64,000 nucleotides of DNA from Candidatus Thorarchaeota archaeon (GCA_019057475.1 DXJO01000046.1:32001-96000); one strand, 5' to 3'; positions 26,820 through 37,406 are shown, numbered from the stretch's first letter. Numbers and translations: made by a program. The notes: generated by a model not told the origin, from the sequence alone.

Positions 26820-29243
26820 ATGAAACCGTGGAAAATATCTATTCTGCTGCTTTTTCTTCTAGCCTCAGTGTCACTATGGCCAGCGCTGTCGAGTGGCCCT
26901 GCGAACGTATTGATCGAAGCAAGTGTGCCCCAGAGGACCGCTCTGGCATTTACGTCTGCTAACATCCTCGTCGACGAGCACCATACCAGAAACGCCTCCG
27001 ATATGTGGACTCCTGGCAACGCATCGACGTTTGGCTGGCTTTTAATGGAGCATGGCTACAATGTGTCAAACAACTGGGATGCACCGCTGGACTCAGGGAT
27101 TCTGGATGATTACGATGTGCTCTGCCTGTTTTTCCCAATGATACCATTGACGAGTGGGGAAGTGGCTGCAGTACATAACTTCGTGAATGCAGGCGGAGGA
27201 CTTCTCATGGTGGGTGTGGACTACACCAACATTGGATGGGAGTACACTGCCGCCAACCTCAATCCGATTTCGGAAACCTACGGAATCACATTCCATGAGG
27301 ATAGATGGCTGGGCAAAGTCCTAGAGAGCGAAGGTCAGTTCGTAGACCATCATCTGACGTATGATATCAGCTCATTCAACTCTGACTGTGACCAGCTAAA
27401 GGGTTGTACTATCACAGTGAGTAGCCCAGCAACGTTACTTGCGACCAACCATAAGGATGAGGAAGTACTTGCCATTGCTGAACCAGGGAGCGGAAGAGTT
27501 GTGGCGGTAGGTTCGGCGGCGCCTTTCATTATCTATCGGCATGGGGCGAGTTGGCAAGTTGAACCAGATGACCACTTCCAATTCTCCCTCAATGTTATAG
27601 ACTGGTTGACTGGGAATGGAGAAAGAAAGGTAGATCCGCCCGAGAAGGCGATAATTAGGGTCGGTTCTGGACCATCACTCAATAGCTCGGAGATAGAAGA
27701 GTATGACGTCTTCAACGGCGTCTATCATGACCACACAACCCGCAGTGATGGACAGGATACACCGTTGAATATGATGATTAGGAGCCTTGATGTCGCTCTC
27801 GATTTCTGGGTAGTTGCAGACCATTCCTACGATCGTGATGGCCCGAATGGTATAAACGGGGGGCTAGAGGTCAAGGAATGGGCTGACTTGTACGATGCTG
27901 ACGTTTCGATTTTTGTTGGAGCTGAGTTGTCCAGCGTACCACACACAGTCGGATTTCCGCTCAGTGCACAAGTCATTACGAGCGACATACAGGAGGCAGT
28001 TGACGGAATCCATAGCCAAGGCGCAATGGCAGTCTTTGCGCATCCCACTATAGGTGCAGCATATGCTCCGGTCTGGGAGGCTTTCGACGACTATGGGTAT
28101 GATGCATTTGAGGTGGATTGTAGAAGCTTCTTCCATGGATTGGGTGAGTCGTGCTACTTCAGACCGTTTATGGCGTCAAACGACGGTCACTCTGTGCCAA
28201 ACCACGGCCTTGTCAGAAATGTGATGTTCGTAGAGAACCCTTCAGGGCCAGATGGAACCCTCTCAGCCTACGACATAATCGATGCAGTCATGGACATGAG
28301 GATTGTCATCCTTGACAAGGTGAACGGACTCGTTTTCGGACAAGGAGTCTGGGTTGATCGTTACCTCCAACTCTGGGATGAAGCTGAGATTGCCATCGAG
28401 AATGCACGAACTCAGATTGAACTATTGGAGGGTGAGGGAACCAATGTTGGCTTATCAAGGCTATATCTGAGCGATGCGGAGAACTCTCTTGCATGGTGGA
28501 ATCCATCTCGCGCATTGAGGGCTGTTGCAGATGCGGTTTCGGAGTCAGTGTTAGGATTAGATCTAGCTCTGGCAGCTCCCAGTCTAGGTTTGGTGGACCC
28601 CAATAGCAATGTCAACGTGACCATAAACCTAACAAATAGGCTTGATGTAGATGTTCAGTTTAGCGCCACTCCATTTGGCTACACATCACTGATCTTCGAT
28701 GAGTTTTCAACACAGGTTCAAGCCGGTCCGGAGTCTACTTCGGCTACTCCGATAACCGCAACAACGACAAACTTTGGTTATACGAAAGTAATCTTCAATT
28801 TGAAGGATTTCAATACGCCTATGGAACCCCATCCCGTATTACTCACTGTGGGCGGCCTTGTTTCGAATGTGACCGTAGATATTGAAGACGAAGATGAGGG
28901 CTACTTCATTCGCATCCGCATTCTAAGAAACAACCTAGATGCACGCATGATTAGCTCTGCGATTATCCAGTATGACAACGGCACTGGAGAAGACACGATT
29001 CCCCTTGAGAACTATGGGGATAGTTACGGCATGCTATTCGGCCCATTCACAACGAATGCGATAACGATAACATACATGATCAATGTGACGGACATCCTTG
29101 GAAATGTTTTCAGTATCGAAGGCGTCATCAACGAAGGTGCTCCTGTGCCTCCGACTGTCGACATTTGGCCGTCAATCTTGATTGGAGGCGGACTGATTGC
29201 GGTACTCGTTGTTGCATTGGTCATTGCAAAGAGGAGGAAGTGA
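26820..29243 (+). CDS. Membrane-anchored surface protein: GIFT/DUF4350 domain plus PHP (CehA/McbA-like) metallohydrolase
   Basis: Signal peptide; VDEHH...NFVNAGGGLL...GRVVAVGS...DWL; PHP motifs HDHT..SDG, ADH, GAE, AHP, NDGH; C-terminal TM plus KRRK. Confidence 0.75.
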   Translation: MKPWKISILLLFLLASVSLWPALSSGPANVLIEASVPQRTALAFTSANILVDEHHTRNASDMWTPGNASTFGWLLMEHGYNVSNNWDAPLDSGILDDYDVLCLFFPMIPLTSGEVAAVHNFVNAGGGLLMVGVDYTNIGWEYTAANLNPISETYGITFHEDRWLGKVLESEGQFVDHHLTYDISSFNSDCDQLKGCTITVSSPATLLATNHKDEEVLAIAEPGSGRVVAVGSAAPFIIYRHGASWQVEPDDHFQFSLNVIDWLTGNGERKVDPPEKAIIRVGSGPSLNSSEIEEYDVFNGVYHDHTTRSDGQDTPLNMMIRSLDVALDFWVVADHSYDRDGPNGINGGLEVKEWADLYDADVSIFVGAELSSVPHTVGFPLSAQVITSDIQEAVDGIHSQGAMAVFAHPTIGAAYAPVWEAFDDYGYDAFEVDCRSFFHGLGESCYFRPFMASNDGHSVPNHGLVRNVMFVENPSGPDGTLSAYDIIDAVMDMRIVILDKVNGLVFGQGVWVDRYLQLWDEAEIAIENARTQIELLEGEGTNVGLSRLYLSDAENSLAWWNPSRALRAVADAVSESVLGLDLALAAPSLGLVDPNSNVNVTINLTNRLDVDVQFSATPFGYTSLIFDEFSTQVQAGPESTSATPITATTTNFGYTKVIFNLKDFNTPMEPHPVLLTVGGLVSNVTVDIEDEDEGYFIRIRILRNNLDARMISSAIIQYDNGTGEDTIPLENYGDSYGMLFGPFTTNAITITYMINVTDILGNVFSIEGVINEGAPVPPTVDIWPSILIGGGLIAVLVVALVIAKRRK

Positions 29244-30301
29244 ACACGGAGGACAGTGAAACCATCGAGATTCAGATTGATTTGCCCAAGCAATCCCCCG
29301 CAAGGCGGCTCTATGAGGTCAGATTCCTTATTCTGACTCTGCTGCTTCTAGGCCTGATTCTCTGGTTTCACGTCAATATCCCTACTTTCAATCTCTCACT
29401 CTTCACCAGGGTGTTTGCCGGTATTTTCTTCGGTTCATTGATCTACCTTCTGCTTGGTATTGTCATAGGCAGCATAGTGAAGGTATACGTACCACTCGAC
29501 TCTGTGATGCTAAGAATCGCAAAGCATGAACGTGCTGGAGTAGTACTGGGGTCTCTCATGGGGGTGTTTATCCCAGTGTGCACTTGTGGCCTTCTACCCA
29601 TCTTCTCTACGCTTGTTGAACAAAAAATGCCTAAACGTGCAGCATATGCATTTCTGTTCTCTGCACCAGCAGCAAACCCAATAGTCTTTGTTGTAACGGC
29701 GTCCGTATTCGGACTACAGTTGGCCATTATTCGTACGGTGTCAATGATAGTGTTGGGAATCATTGGAGGTGTACTTCTTGACATTCTACACGATGGACCG
29801 ATACTCTCTGAGAGAGTCGGACCCGAAAAAACAATTATTGGCGGTCGAGCATTCGGACAATCAGAGGATGTAGAACAGATTGTTTCAAACCCGCTTCAAG
29901 TGCTTTGGGACATTGGTGAAGAAACCTTGGAGGTTGGCAAGTACTACGTGTTCGCAGTCACCATCTTGACTTTTCTTGTTGCAGTTCTTGATCAAGCCCT
30001 ATTCTTTGATTTCTTCGCGGGCAGCCTGATCTCCGTACCAGTCGGGGCGCTCATGGGTGTTCTGTTCTGTCTCTGTCCAACGGCAGACCCACCCATTGGC
30101 AAGACATTTCAAGATCTTGGATTGAGCACGGGAGGCCTAGTATCGTTCTTTCTCGCAGGTCCGTTGCTGGGAATGGCTTACGTGGGTATGATGTTTGGAT
30201 ACCTGAACAAGAAGCTGATTTTTGCCTATCTCTTTCTTTCCGCAATACTAATCTTGGCAATCGGCTATTTCGTGAATGGTCTTGCAGGGGTGTTACTGTG
30301 A
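29240..30301 (+). CDS. DUF318/ArsP-family (YcgR-like) permease
   Basis: PVCTCG, FLFSAPAANP, CLCPTAD motifs; multiple TM helices; GTGA overlap with the upstream stop. Confidence 0.85.
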   Translation: MNTEDSETIEIQIDLPKQSPARRLYEVRFLILTLLLLGLILWFHVNIPTFNLSLFTRVFAGIFFGSLIYLLLGIVIGSIVKVYVPLDSVMLRIAKHERAGVVLGSLMGVFIPVCTCGLLPIFSTLVEQKMPKRAAYAFLFSAPAANPIVFVVTASVFGLQLAIIRTVSMIVLGIIGGVLLDILHDGPILSERVGPEKTIIGGRAFGQSEDVEQIVSNPLQVLWDIGEETLEVGKYYVFAVTILTFLVAVLDQALFFDFFAGSLISVPVGALMGVLFCLCPTADPPIGKTFQDLGLSTGGLVSFFLAGPLLGMAYVGMMFGYLNKKLIFAYLFLSAILILAIGYFVNGLAGVLL

Positions 30302-30987
30302 AGCCTGTTGGAACGAGAGCCAATCACGGTTGGTTACTGATTGCCCTAGGTGTTACTATCCTTGTATTTCGGATTCAGTTCGACACTCTGATGTCGCTAA
30401 TCAACGGACCAATCCTCTTACTTGCTGGGATAGCTGTAGTGGTGGGGCAATATCGTGATCCAGAAGCAAGAACGTGCCAAGTATGTGCGGCAACTTCAAG
30501 CGAAAGCAAGATGGGGTTCAAGATGTCTGCAATTCCCCTCATTCTACCCATAATACTACTTATCATCACGCCAATGATTGTGGTTGATGCTACACATAGT
30601 GACGACTGGATAAACGATGTTGTAGGAGAGAAATATTTCGACGAGATTCCAGAGAACAGAACAGCGACGAACCTCTTCGAGCTCACCAATTTCGGTGAGA
30701 AGTACAATGGTCTATTTGTTGAAGTTAATGGCAGTATCCTTCAAAGACGAACCGATGGATTCCAGATGCACCAGTACGTCCCACTGTGTACATGTTGTCC
30801 TCCGGTCGAGGTGACAATGTGGGTCTACTTCTCCGTTGACCCCAATCCAGACGATCTTTTCATTGTTGAAGAGGCTGAGCTTGGAAAGACCGATCTCTAT
30901 CTTGTGATAGGTCAGTTCTACTTCAATGCGGAACAGAACTTCGCGTCCCTACTACTAATACATATGGAGCCTCTAGAGGAATCCTGA
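30298..30987 (+). CDS. TIGR03943/YcgQ-like permease partner
   Basis: Three TM segments then a soluble domain with YNG..VEVNG and CTCCP; GTGA overlap with the permease. Confidence 0.65.
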   Translation: MKPVGTRANHGWLLIALGVTILVFRIQFDTLMSLINGPILLLAGIAVVVGQYRDPEARTCQVCAATSSESKMGFKMSAIPLILPIILLIITPMIVVDATHSDDWINDVVGEKYFDEIPENRTATNLFELTNFGEKYNGLFVEVNGSILQRRTDGFQMHQYVPLCTCCPPVEVTMWVYFSVDPNPDDLFIVEEAELGKTDLYLVIGQFYFNAEQNFASLLLIHMEPLEES

Positions 30988-31069
30988 TTATCCACGGAAA
31001 AGGATATGACGGCCAAGGCGAAGAGTTCTTCAGCAAGAGGTTTCCCTCAATCGCAGTTTGGTGTTGAGC

Positions 31070-31900
31070 ATGACTACTCTTCGGGACATTGTGAAGTACC
31101 TCAAGGATATCGCGCCACAGGAGTCTACCTTCCAGGGCCGTGAGAGTCGGGTTGAGGTTGGACCTCAGACTGAGAGAAACCAAGCAAAGACCACCATAAA
31201 CAGAGTCACCATAGCCACATACGCTTCGGCAAAGATTGTTGCGACGGCATCGCAAAGCAAGGCGAATCTGCTTGTCACACACAGGCCTCTGTTTCCTTTA
31301 GCAGTAGATCGTCTCACAGGCTTAGACCTCATCCGGGCCAGACTCTTAGCCAAGAATTACATCTCAGCTTATGTGATTGGGAGCGCGTGGATTGGTGTAG
31401 AGGGTGGTCTTAGTGACAGCCTTGTGGAATCCCTCGACCTAAGCAATGTACGTGAGTTCATGACCTATGGGGACTGTGATCAGATGGTCCCGATTGGAAG
31501 AGAATGTGATCCGCCTAGTGCGATGAACCACTCTCGTCTAGTTAACTACGTGGCAGAGAAACTGAACATTGACACAGTCCTGTTTGCGGGAGCCTTGGAC
31601 GATGATGTCGGGAGGATACTTGTGAGCCCAGGCTTTTACATTGACATGCCTGAAATCCTCAGTGCCAAACAGCAAGACATTGGAACTATTGTCACAGGCG
31701 AACTATCACCGGAGATTAGGTTGCTTGCAAATGAGGAGAACCTAAACACAATCGAGCTAGGCGCATTCGTGTCAGAAGAGCCTGGAATGAAGCGATTAAG
31801 ACATCAGCTAAGTCTGGAGATGCCAGAGTTGAACATAGAGTTTGTGGAGTCCGCACCACTTGCCAAGGCGCTTAGACCATACAGCGAAGACATGAAGTAA
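31070..31900 (+). CDS. Nif3/YbgI-like protein, metal ligands degenerate
   Basis: LKDIAP, LLVTHRPLF, VTGEL, SEEPGM scaffold motifs. Confidence 0.75.
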   Translation: MTTLRDIVKYLKDIAPQESTFQGRESRVEVGPQTERNQAKTTINRVTIATYASAKIVATASQSKANLLVTHRPLFPLAVDRLTGLDLIRARLLAKNYISAYVIGSAWIGVEGGLSDSLVESLDLSNVREFMTYGDCDQMVPIGRECDPPSAMNHSRLVNYVAEKLNIDTVLFAGALDDDVGRILVSPGFYIDMPEILSAKQQDIGTIVTGELSPEIRLLANEENLNTIELGAFVSEEPGMKRLRHQLSLEMPELNIEFVESAPLAKALRPYSEDMK

Positions 31901-31904
31901 TACT

Positions 31905-32786
31905 CTAGAGACGTCGTATCATCACGACATTCTTGTTTCGCGGACACCCCACGTGTTTCGCAACCGGATTGCACTTCGTTCTCATTATGTGAACTACTGG
32001 ACAAGCTGGCTCAAACTCTGTCAATGATTCGAAGTTGCCCATCCCTTTGGCCACAATAAGCTCCGCTGACAAGAACCGCTGCTTGAACTCGTTAGAGCTG
32101 CGTTCAAGGTTGACTCCAATGGCTGCGGCTCCTGTGTCGATAACTTCGTCCGCATATTTGGAGAGTTTTACCTCGTCCGCATCCATCACCGTGGCATCGT
32201 TCAGGATTGGACCTCCCTTCACAACGGCAACCACTTTCGGTCCAACCTTCCTGATTTCATCTATCAGAATGATATCAAGAACAACCTCTCCTGCATTGTC
32301 CATCAGGTAGAGGACTTCCTCTGCGTTCTCACATAACTCTTGGAACTCGTTTACTTGATCGATTACCAGATCAGTTTCAACATTCGAGATTATGTGTTTG
32401 AGCTCATCAAGGCTGAAGTCCCGCCCTGATACATCAAACTCAATCGCATTTGCTGCTGCGGCAATCAAAGCGGCCATTCTGAATCTTGAGTGGGAATCTC
32501 CTGCCTCCTCAACCAATGTTCTCAACTCAGGCAAAATCCCAAGGGCCATCTCATTCGACTCGTGCTTGAGCTCCTTGTAGGGATCTTTTCCGGTCATTCT
32601 CTGAACTAGAAGGTCTCTGTCAGTTCCGATATTGGATGGTACTGACTCGCTTTTGAAATTCTCACCTAGGAACTTCAGCATCTCTGCCACGACCTGCATC
32701 TGAAGTTCTGGATCATCCGTAGCAAGCTTGACTTGATTAATAGCTCTCTCAAGTAAGCAGTGTGCACATTCGAGCGTGACTTTCAT
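31905..32786 (-). CDS. DUF89/ARMT1-like damage-control phosphatase
   Basis: ECAHC, DPYKELK, ANAIEF, DNAGE, ILNDAT, KGMGNFESL, KC. Confidence 0.9.
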   Translation of the reverse strand: MKVTLECAHCLLERAINQVKLATDDPELQMQVVAEMLKFLGENFKSESVPSNIGTDRDLLVQRMTGKDPYKELKHESNEMALGILPELRTLVEEAGDSHSRFRMAALIAAAANAIEFDVSGRDFSLDELKHIISNVETDLVIDQVNEFQELCENAEEVLYLMDNAGEVVLDIILIDEIRKVGPKVVAVVKGGPILNDATVMDADEVKLSKYADEVIDTGAAAIGVNLERSSNEFKQRFLSAELIVAKGMGNFESLTEFEPACPVVHIMRTKCNPVAKHVGCPRNKNVVMIRRL

Positions 32787-32842
32787 TGCAATCCCCGTTT
32801 TCAGTCGCCCTGAGGGCACATGTATTAAATGACTGGAACCGG

Positions 32843-33526
32843 CTATTTCAGAAGCGGTTCAACAAGACCTCTAAGAACATCTCCTGGTTTATCTGACTTG
32901 GCAACAGCGGAAGCAAGAAGAACACCTTGGGCACCGAGTCTGATTGATGCCACCACGTCATCACCAGTGCTGATTCCCGCTCCACATAAAATTGTAACAT
33001 TCTCATTTACAACTCGAATCTGATCTACGGTGCCGCTGATTACTTCGGGTTGTGCTTGTGTCACTGAGATCCCCGTGCCAATGAGCTCTGGGGGTTCGAC
33101 TGCGATTGCAGAAGGATTCAGCGCTGCCGCTGCAACACTCACTAGTGGATTGTTTGTGCAGACTATTGTGTAGAGGCCAAGAGTTTCAGCCTTGCGGATT
33201 ACATCTTCGATGTCCGCCAGCTGCATTCTCTTCTCCGAGTGATTGATTAGAGTGCCCGAGCATCCGGCCTCCACAAGGGTTTCACCAAGCACATGGCCTG
33301 TGTAACGCCCTGGGTCACCCGGATCAAGATGTTGAGAGAACACGGGAATATCAACAGCGAGGCTTACTCTATAGATGTCAGGTATTTGGGGAGCGACAAC
33401 CACAGAAACACCACTCTCTTTGGAAACCGTCTCGCACGTCTTCGCCAGAGCCACAGCTCTCTCGCCGGTGGCCTGCGGATATGTCTTAAAATTCACAGCA
33501 ACAACTGGTAGGTCGATCTTGACCAT
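32843..33526 (-). CDS. tpiA: Triosephosphate isomerase (archaeal type)
   Basis: NFKTY, NHSE, AVEPPELIGTG, CGAGI, GVLLAS. Confidence 0.96.
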   Translation of the reverse strand: MVKIDLPVVAVNFKTYPQATGERAVALAKTCETVSKESGVSVVVAPQIPDIYRVSLAVDIPVFSQHLDPGDPGRYTGHVLGETLVEAGCSGTLINHSEKRMQLADIEDVIRKAETLGLYTIVCTNNPLVSVAAAALNPSAIAVEPPELIGTGISVTQAQPEVISGTVDQIRVVNENVTILCGAGISTGDDVVASIRLGAQGVLLASAVAKSDKPGDVLRGLVEPLLK

Positions 33527-33659
33527 AGTACTCTTCCTCCTGAGCTGCTAAGCTCGCGCCTTCAGCGGTGGAGGTCGAGGGTGTCACGTCTATTAAGCTT
33601 GCTACCTTGTCGGATTTCTCGGAAATAAGGGCGGGGGTTCATGCTCGGCGCGGGACCTG

Positions 33660-34202
33660 CTATCTGGTCATACCGATCAGGAGCTTGAGCAGAGGCACTC
33701 GGGCGTAGCCTCTCCGATTCAACCCATTGACGTCTTTTCGGAGCTCAATCTTGACGAACTTGCCAGCTTCGGGGTTCTTGTAGTGTTTCATATAGAAGCC
33801 CTGGAACTCCGTAAAAGTGGAAGCCCCAAGTAAGTCCCCTACAGCATCATTCCCAATACGAATGTAGACATCTTCATCTGGCACAGCACCTGTTCCGAAC
33901 TCCACCTCACCCTTGGCCTTCTTGGCAAACCAAAATCGCTCGCCCATTGCCATGAACTCAAGGAAGAACTCATCGGTGCCCTTGAGACCTGCTGAGATAT
34001 CAGGGTCATCAAACATGTACTTAAAACGGTCTGTCAATGATGTGTGGTAAGGAATTGTGCCCGCTTCGATTGGTGCATCTTCTGCTTCTTCCGCAGCCTC
34101 CTCTCCAGTTTCACCCTCGATTTCCTCAGGGGTCGGACTCTTAGCATTGGCGTCCTTCTCGTCGTCGTCCTTTTTTCTCCCAAAGATCCGTCTCATAACC
34201 AT
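33660..34202 (-). CDS. Hypothetical protein, possibly SCP2-like fold
   Basis: Acidic linker then FWF...GEVEFGTG..DEDVYIRI pattern; coding-like composition. Confidence 0.5.
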   Translation of the reverse strand: MVMRRIFGRKKDDDEKDANAKSPTPEEIEGETGEEAAEEAEDAPIEAGTIPYHTSLTDRFKYMFDDPDISAGLKGTDEFFLEFMAMGERFWFAKKAKGEVEFGTGAVPDEDVYIRIGNDAVGDLLGASTFTEFQGFYMKHYKNPEAGKFVKIELRKDVNGLNRRGYARVPLLKLLIGMTR

Positions 34203-34336
34203 TGTTGTTCTGGCTCCTTATTGTAATGAACATGCCAGAGGAACTGAACTTGCGTATCCAGGATATGTCCTGCGCTGGGCCCCACTGGTCATAGGTCCTT
34301 CTCGTTTCAGAACTAAAAAGCGTAGCTCGGAGGTAC

Positions 34337-34573
34337 TTATTGATTGGGTGTCTGATTCGGCGTCGGAACCTCAATGACACCATCCATCTTCTCAAGCAAT
34401 GCGACTAAAGGCAGAGTATTGGATTGTTTTCGATGGCCCCAAAGCTCATCCACCAGAAGGTCACGGATGGCGATTCGAATCACTTCGGAGCGGTTAGGGT
34501 ACATTAGCTTCTTGATGAGCTTGTCCATGCCCTCTACGTAGGATTCTGGTAAGCATATCGTTACTACTCTCAA
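34337..34573 (-). CDS. CopG/Arc/MetJ ribbon-helix-helix regulator
   Basis: RVVTICLP...MDKLI...YPNRSEVIRIAIRDLL; TTG start inside the 34337..34816 ORF. Confidence 0.85.
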   Translation of the reverse strand: MRVVTICLPESYVEGMDKLIKKLMYPNRSEVIRIAIRDLLVDELWGHRKQSNTLPLVALLEKMDGVIEVPTPNQTPNQ

Positions 34574-34839
34574 GTCACTTTGCACCGAACAGCTGTTGGA
34601 TGCAAATCTAAAGAAGGGGTGTCTGATACGGGTGTGTATTGGGATAATACTAAGTGGGAGTTTGGGACTGAAGAACAATCTCACCAAACTGCTCGCCGCG
34701 CTCCAGCACTTCGTGGGCCTCCTTGGCGTCCCCTTTGTGGCATCCAAAGAAGTAAAAGATAGCGAGCCAGATTCACAGAATAATGATTGGCCAGGTGTCG
34801 ACAGGAGTAGCACCAAATGGCCAGGGATAGGTCAGAACC

Positions 34840-35130
34840 ATGGGAAAAGGCAAAGCCAGGAAGGTCAAAGCCAGTCATATTCTGGTGGATAAGCACAGCA
34901 AGGCTGTCGAGATAATACGCAAGATTGCTGAAGGTGAGGACTTCGCGAAGATGGCACGGGAGCACAGCAGCTGCCCATCAAGAAAGAAAGGCGGAAACCT
35001 CGGATTCTTTAGCAAGGGTCAGATGGTAAGTGAGTTTGAGAAGGCAACCTTCACCCTAAGTGTGGGAGCAATGACCAGAAACCCTGTGAAGACCAAATTC
35101 GGTTATCACATAATAAAACGAACTGCATAG
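34840..35130 (+). CDS. Single-domain parvulin PPIase (PpiC-like)
   Basis: KASHILV, SSCPS..KGGNLGFF..GQMV.EFE, TKFGYHII. Confidence 0.93.
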   Translation: MGKGKARKVKASHILVDKHSKAVEIIRKIAEGEDFAKMAREHSSCPSRKKGGNLGFFSKGQMVSEFEKATFTLSVGAMTRNPVKTKFGYHIIKRTA

Positions 35131-35209
35131 TTTGCAATGAATCATATAGCGGTGAAACTGAACCAGGACTGCTCTGTCCTGCTCTCGTTTCTGCCGGGTC
35201 AACTTCTAG

Positions 35210-36325
35210 CTACTTAGGTACTATTTCTTCAGCAGAGAATCGCCCTTTCAGTTTCTTCAGCACTGCCGGTAACGTTGTGTACTCCATGTCATTCTCATGC
35301 AGTCTGTGAGGCATGAATGGGCCATGTTGTCTGAGATAGTCAGCGGCTTCCATTGCTCTCTTCCGAGTGATATCAAAGGCAACATCTTCAAACATGTCAA
35401 CTGGTCCCAAGAGCATACCATTGCTCACCTGGAAGCCCAGTCCGATGACTCTTGGTGGACCATCGAATCTTGTGCATCGGGAGTCCTTGACGCCAACAGG
35501 CATGAGCGGACCGATATGCGAACCCCGCATCCAACCAGCCACAAGATGAGGTAGAGTGAATGCCTCTAGAATCTCGCCCATTGCTGGTAGTCCCGAATGT
35601 GCTCGGATTATGGCAACGGGATCATCTTTCCCTACATACTTGCCTGCGATATAGCAGAGTTTGTCAGTGCTAATAGCAGCTGTAACCATCCCGTCATGAC
35701 GGTACACTTTCTTGATAGTGTACTTGCTAGTGCTGCCAATAAGTGCTAGAAGGTCGTAAGACTCCTCAGGCGTCTTCAGCTCAACGAAGGGCTTGTCGTC
35801 TGCACGCACATCTTGGATAATGAACCTGAAACCATCATGTAGGTTTGGGTCAATAACCAAGCCGGCTGTGTTAAATGGATCCGCGTAAATCTTGTATATC
35901 GGGTAGTTGAATGCACCTGGCTCCGTCTTGTCCGCCATGAAGACTCCAATGGGCTCAGACTTGCGCTCCTCAAATGTCATCTCTGCTGAACCTGGACCCA
36001 TGCCCTTGACATTTCCACTGAAAGTATCAGAAAGAATGTCCTGTCCTGCGGCGTATATCTTCTTCTTGCGTCCCAACTCAGCACCCTTCACAAAGGTGTT
36101 CCAAGCGAGCTCATGGACCTCTGCATTGCCCTCACCCTTGTGGTGAGTCATTATTAACTCAAGGTCATCGCCCGCGTTTGTGACGTGGAAGTCGTTAATT
36201 ACACCCGTCTCAACGCCTTTCTTCATCTCTTTTCTCGCATGTTCAAGGATGAAATCTGGCACAATCATATGCCCAGCGAGTGATCCGATGTCCGCTTTTA
36301 TCACACTAATCGTCGTTTCTACCAT
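35210..36325 (-). CDS. fbp: Bifunctional fructose-1,6-bisphosphate aldolase/phosphatase
   Basis: SVIKADIGS, GDDLEL, GQD.LSDTFSGN, DKTEPGAFN, YVGKDDP, GWMRGSH. Confidence 0.96.
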   Translation of the reverse strand: MVETTISVIKADIGSLAGHMIVPDFILEHARKEMKKGVETGVINDFHVTNAGDDLELIMTHHKGEGNAEVHELAWNTFVKGAELGRKKKIYAAGQDILSDTFSGNVKGMGPGSAEMTFEERKSEPIGVFMADKTEPGAFNYPIYKIYADPFNTAGLVIDPNLHDGFRFIIQDVRADDKPFVELKTPEESYDLLALIGSTSKYTIKKVYRHDGMVTAAISTDKLCYIAGKYVGKDDPVAIIRAHSGLPAMGEILEAFTLPHLVAGWMRGSHIGPLMPVGVKDSRCTRFDGPPRVIGLGFQVSNGMLLGPVDMFEDVAFDITRKRAMEAADYLRQHGPFMPHRLHENDMEYTTLPAVLKKLKGRFSAEEIVPK

Positions 36326-36572
36326 TTGCGACGCACTCCATTTGTGTATATCTCGGAAGAGGCTCTGAACTCCGAGGGCTTTGTTTTAGATTTTTCGGAA
36401 TTTATCCGAAACTCGTGGCCTCGTAACAGGCACCCAGGTATTCTACACCCATATAACTATATCTCCATAGATGTGTTTGGTTTCAAAGAGAAACATCGCG
36501 GCCTGCTCAGTTTGTGGCATCCGAAACGGAAATAGGTAGCAGTATCATTATCATGTATTGGTTGTTCGTAAT

Positions 36573-37406
36573 ATGACAAGGAAGACTGTTTCTGCAAGGC
36601 GCCCTGAAACTCCGGACAGAAAGCAATACCATATTGAAACGGAGAAAGGGGATATCGCCAAGGCAGTGATATTGCCAGGTGATCCTCAACGGGTCGAGAA
36701 GATTAGCTCGCGATGGGATTCATTCCGACAAGTGGCATCACATAGACAATACCTGACTCACACAGGGATCTTCAAGGGAGTGCCAATCTCTGCATGCTCC
36801 ACAGGGATAGGAGGTCCTGGAGCCGCTATTGCTATCGAAGAGCTGGCTAATGTTGGAGCAAGGGATTTCATCAGAGTTGGTTCCTGCGCAACGTTGAAGG
36901 AAGATATCCAGATTGGCGATTTGATCATATCCACAGGCGCAGTCAGACTGGATGGGACAAGCAAGCAGTATGTACGACCTGAGTATCCTGCCGTGGCATC
37001 CTACGAAGTTGTTATGGCATTGGTTGAGGCTGCGGACTCGTTGGATCTGGACTATCATCTAGGGATTACCGCATCCACAGACTCGTTCTATCTTGGACAG
37101 TCAAGACCGGGATTCAACAACTATGTCCAGAGTTGGAGCACTACGTTGATTGACGACCTTCAGAAAGCGAATGTCGTGAATTTTGAAATGGAGGCATCCA
37201 CCCTATTCACGATTGCAGGCATATACGGGTTCAGGGCAGGAACAGTCTGCGCAGTATATGCTAACCGAGTGAAAGATGAGTTTGCGGTGAAAGGCGAAGA
37301 TGCAGCGATTGATTGCGGAAACGAAGCAATCCGTATTCTTGCAGAGATGGACGAAGAGAAGAAGAGTAACAGCAAGAAATACTGGATGAGAACCCTTCAC
37401 AAGTAA
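36573..37406 (+). CDS. udp: Uridine phosphorylase
   Basis: QYHI, LPGDPQRV, STGIGGP, IRVGSC, DSFYLGQ, NFEME. Confidence 0.92.
   Translation: MTRKTVSARRPETPDRKQYHIETEKGDIAKAVILPGDPQRVEKISSRWDSFRQVASHRQYLTHTGIFKGVPISACSTGIGGPGAAIAIEELANVGARDFIRVGSCATLKEDIQIGDLIISTGAVRLDGTSKQYVRPEYPAVASYEVVMALVEAADSLDLDYHLGITASTDSFYLGQSRPGFNNYVQSWSTTLIDDLQKANVVNFEMEASTLFTIAGIYGFRAGTVCAVYANRVKDEFAVKGEDAAIDCGNEAIRILAEMDEEKKSNSKKYWMRTLHK

Noticed and set aside
34574-34892. N-terminal extension of the RHH ORF and ORF 34596..34892
   Set aside because: Non-protein-like composition; the RHH domain starts at TTG 34573
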